64,000 nucleotides of DNA. Origin: Marsupella aquatica. Lineage: Eukaryota; Plantae; Marchantiophyta. This document shows, in pieces, positions 63,471 to 64,000 of this stretch. The position numbers and the translations under genes are program-made. Positions within the stretch are counted from its first letter, which is position 1. Every line of letters starts with the position of its first letter. A model generated the notes under the pieces. That model was given only the letters and a program-made list of their open reading frames with translations, had not been told where the DNA came from and did not search any database. Location of the stretch: assembly GCA_973895155.1 (NCBI GenBank), contig OZ316894.1, forward strand, positions 2,682,457 through 2,746,456, in the 5' to 3' direction.

Positions 63471-63901
63471 TTAGCAAGATGGAGCAACACATTCTTCCTT
63501 GAGGAGGTCATCTAAAGTTCTTTGGGAGATTGGTCCCTGACCTAGATTCTCAATCTCCAGCATGAACTCAAGCACAACATTCATGGTCGGGCGATTTTCA
63601 GGCAGCACGCTTGCACAAAAAAGACCTAACTGCAAAGTCAACATCATTTGCTGCCTAATGATTGCATCACGAGCACCCTCGAATTTTAGAGTTGGGTCAA
63701 GGACCTCTATTGGTGTAACTCTGGGTGTAATATTTGACTCTTGAAAACTGCTTTGGACTATGTACACTAGACCCTCGTCTTGGCCAGAATGGGGCATGCT
63801 TTGAGTTTGTATAACTGCTTTGCCAGTCAAGAGCTCAAGAAGAACCACTCCAAAGCTATAAACATCTCCTTTGGTGCTGACTCTAGTACCTGTCCCGTAT
63901 T
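63471..63901 (-). CDS. Last exon of a receptor-like Ser/Thr kinase (probably LRR-RLK); the gene extends beyond the window
   Basis: (P)EYGTGTRVSTKGDVYSFGVVLLELLTGK...LGLFCASVLPENRPTM (subdomains VIII-XI); AG acceptor at 63902-63903 at the usual PE intron position. Confidence 0.88.
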
Positions 63902-64000
63902 CTGGATCAACCAGTTATGGAAGAAAACCAAGTCAAAGATTGAGAGTAGCAAGTTACAAAATCACTCCTATCGATAAACTGTATGTAAATAACAATATCT

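Overview
Eukaryotic land-plant genomic DNA (GT-AG introns; the TE families suggest a non-seed plant such as a bryophyte, which is inference). Host genes: a 7-exon DIS3L2/SOV-like 3'-5' exoribonuclease (1232-7277, +), a 9-exon KUP/HAK/KT potassium transporter (55751-61248, +) and the last exon of a receptor-like kinase (63471-63901, -). Between them lies a ~40-kb nest of transposable elements built on two related, integrase-less Ty1/Copia elements (11577-27486 and 34281-49620, both -), each with LTRs, PBS, PPT and TSD. Copia-1 carries an ~11-kb Mutator-like block with two divergent, now pseudogenised genes. One is a GCM/WRKY-like-DDE-SWIM transposase, itself interrupted by a 1.96-kb solo LTR. 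The other appears to fuse a ParB-like N-terminus to a bacterial-type beta-class N6A/N4C DNA methyltransferase domain. The non-coding parts of this block hold 14 copies of a 15-bp palindrome, TAGCGCCNGGCGCTA. Copia-2 carries a Ty3/Gypsy element with a C5 cytosine methyltransferase between protease and RT and a C-terminal PHD finger. Its ends are not ordinary LTRs but split direct repeats (B...A-B-A) with an internal palindromic end-to-end junction. All domain calls are from motifs read by eye; no database searches were run.
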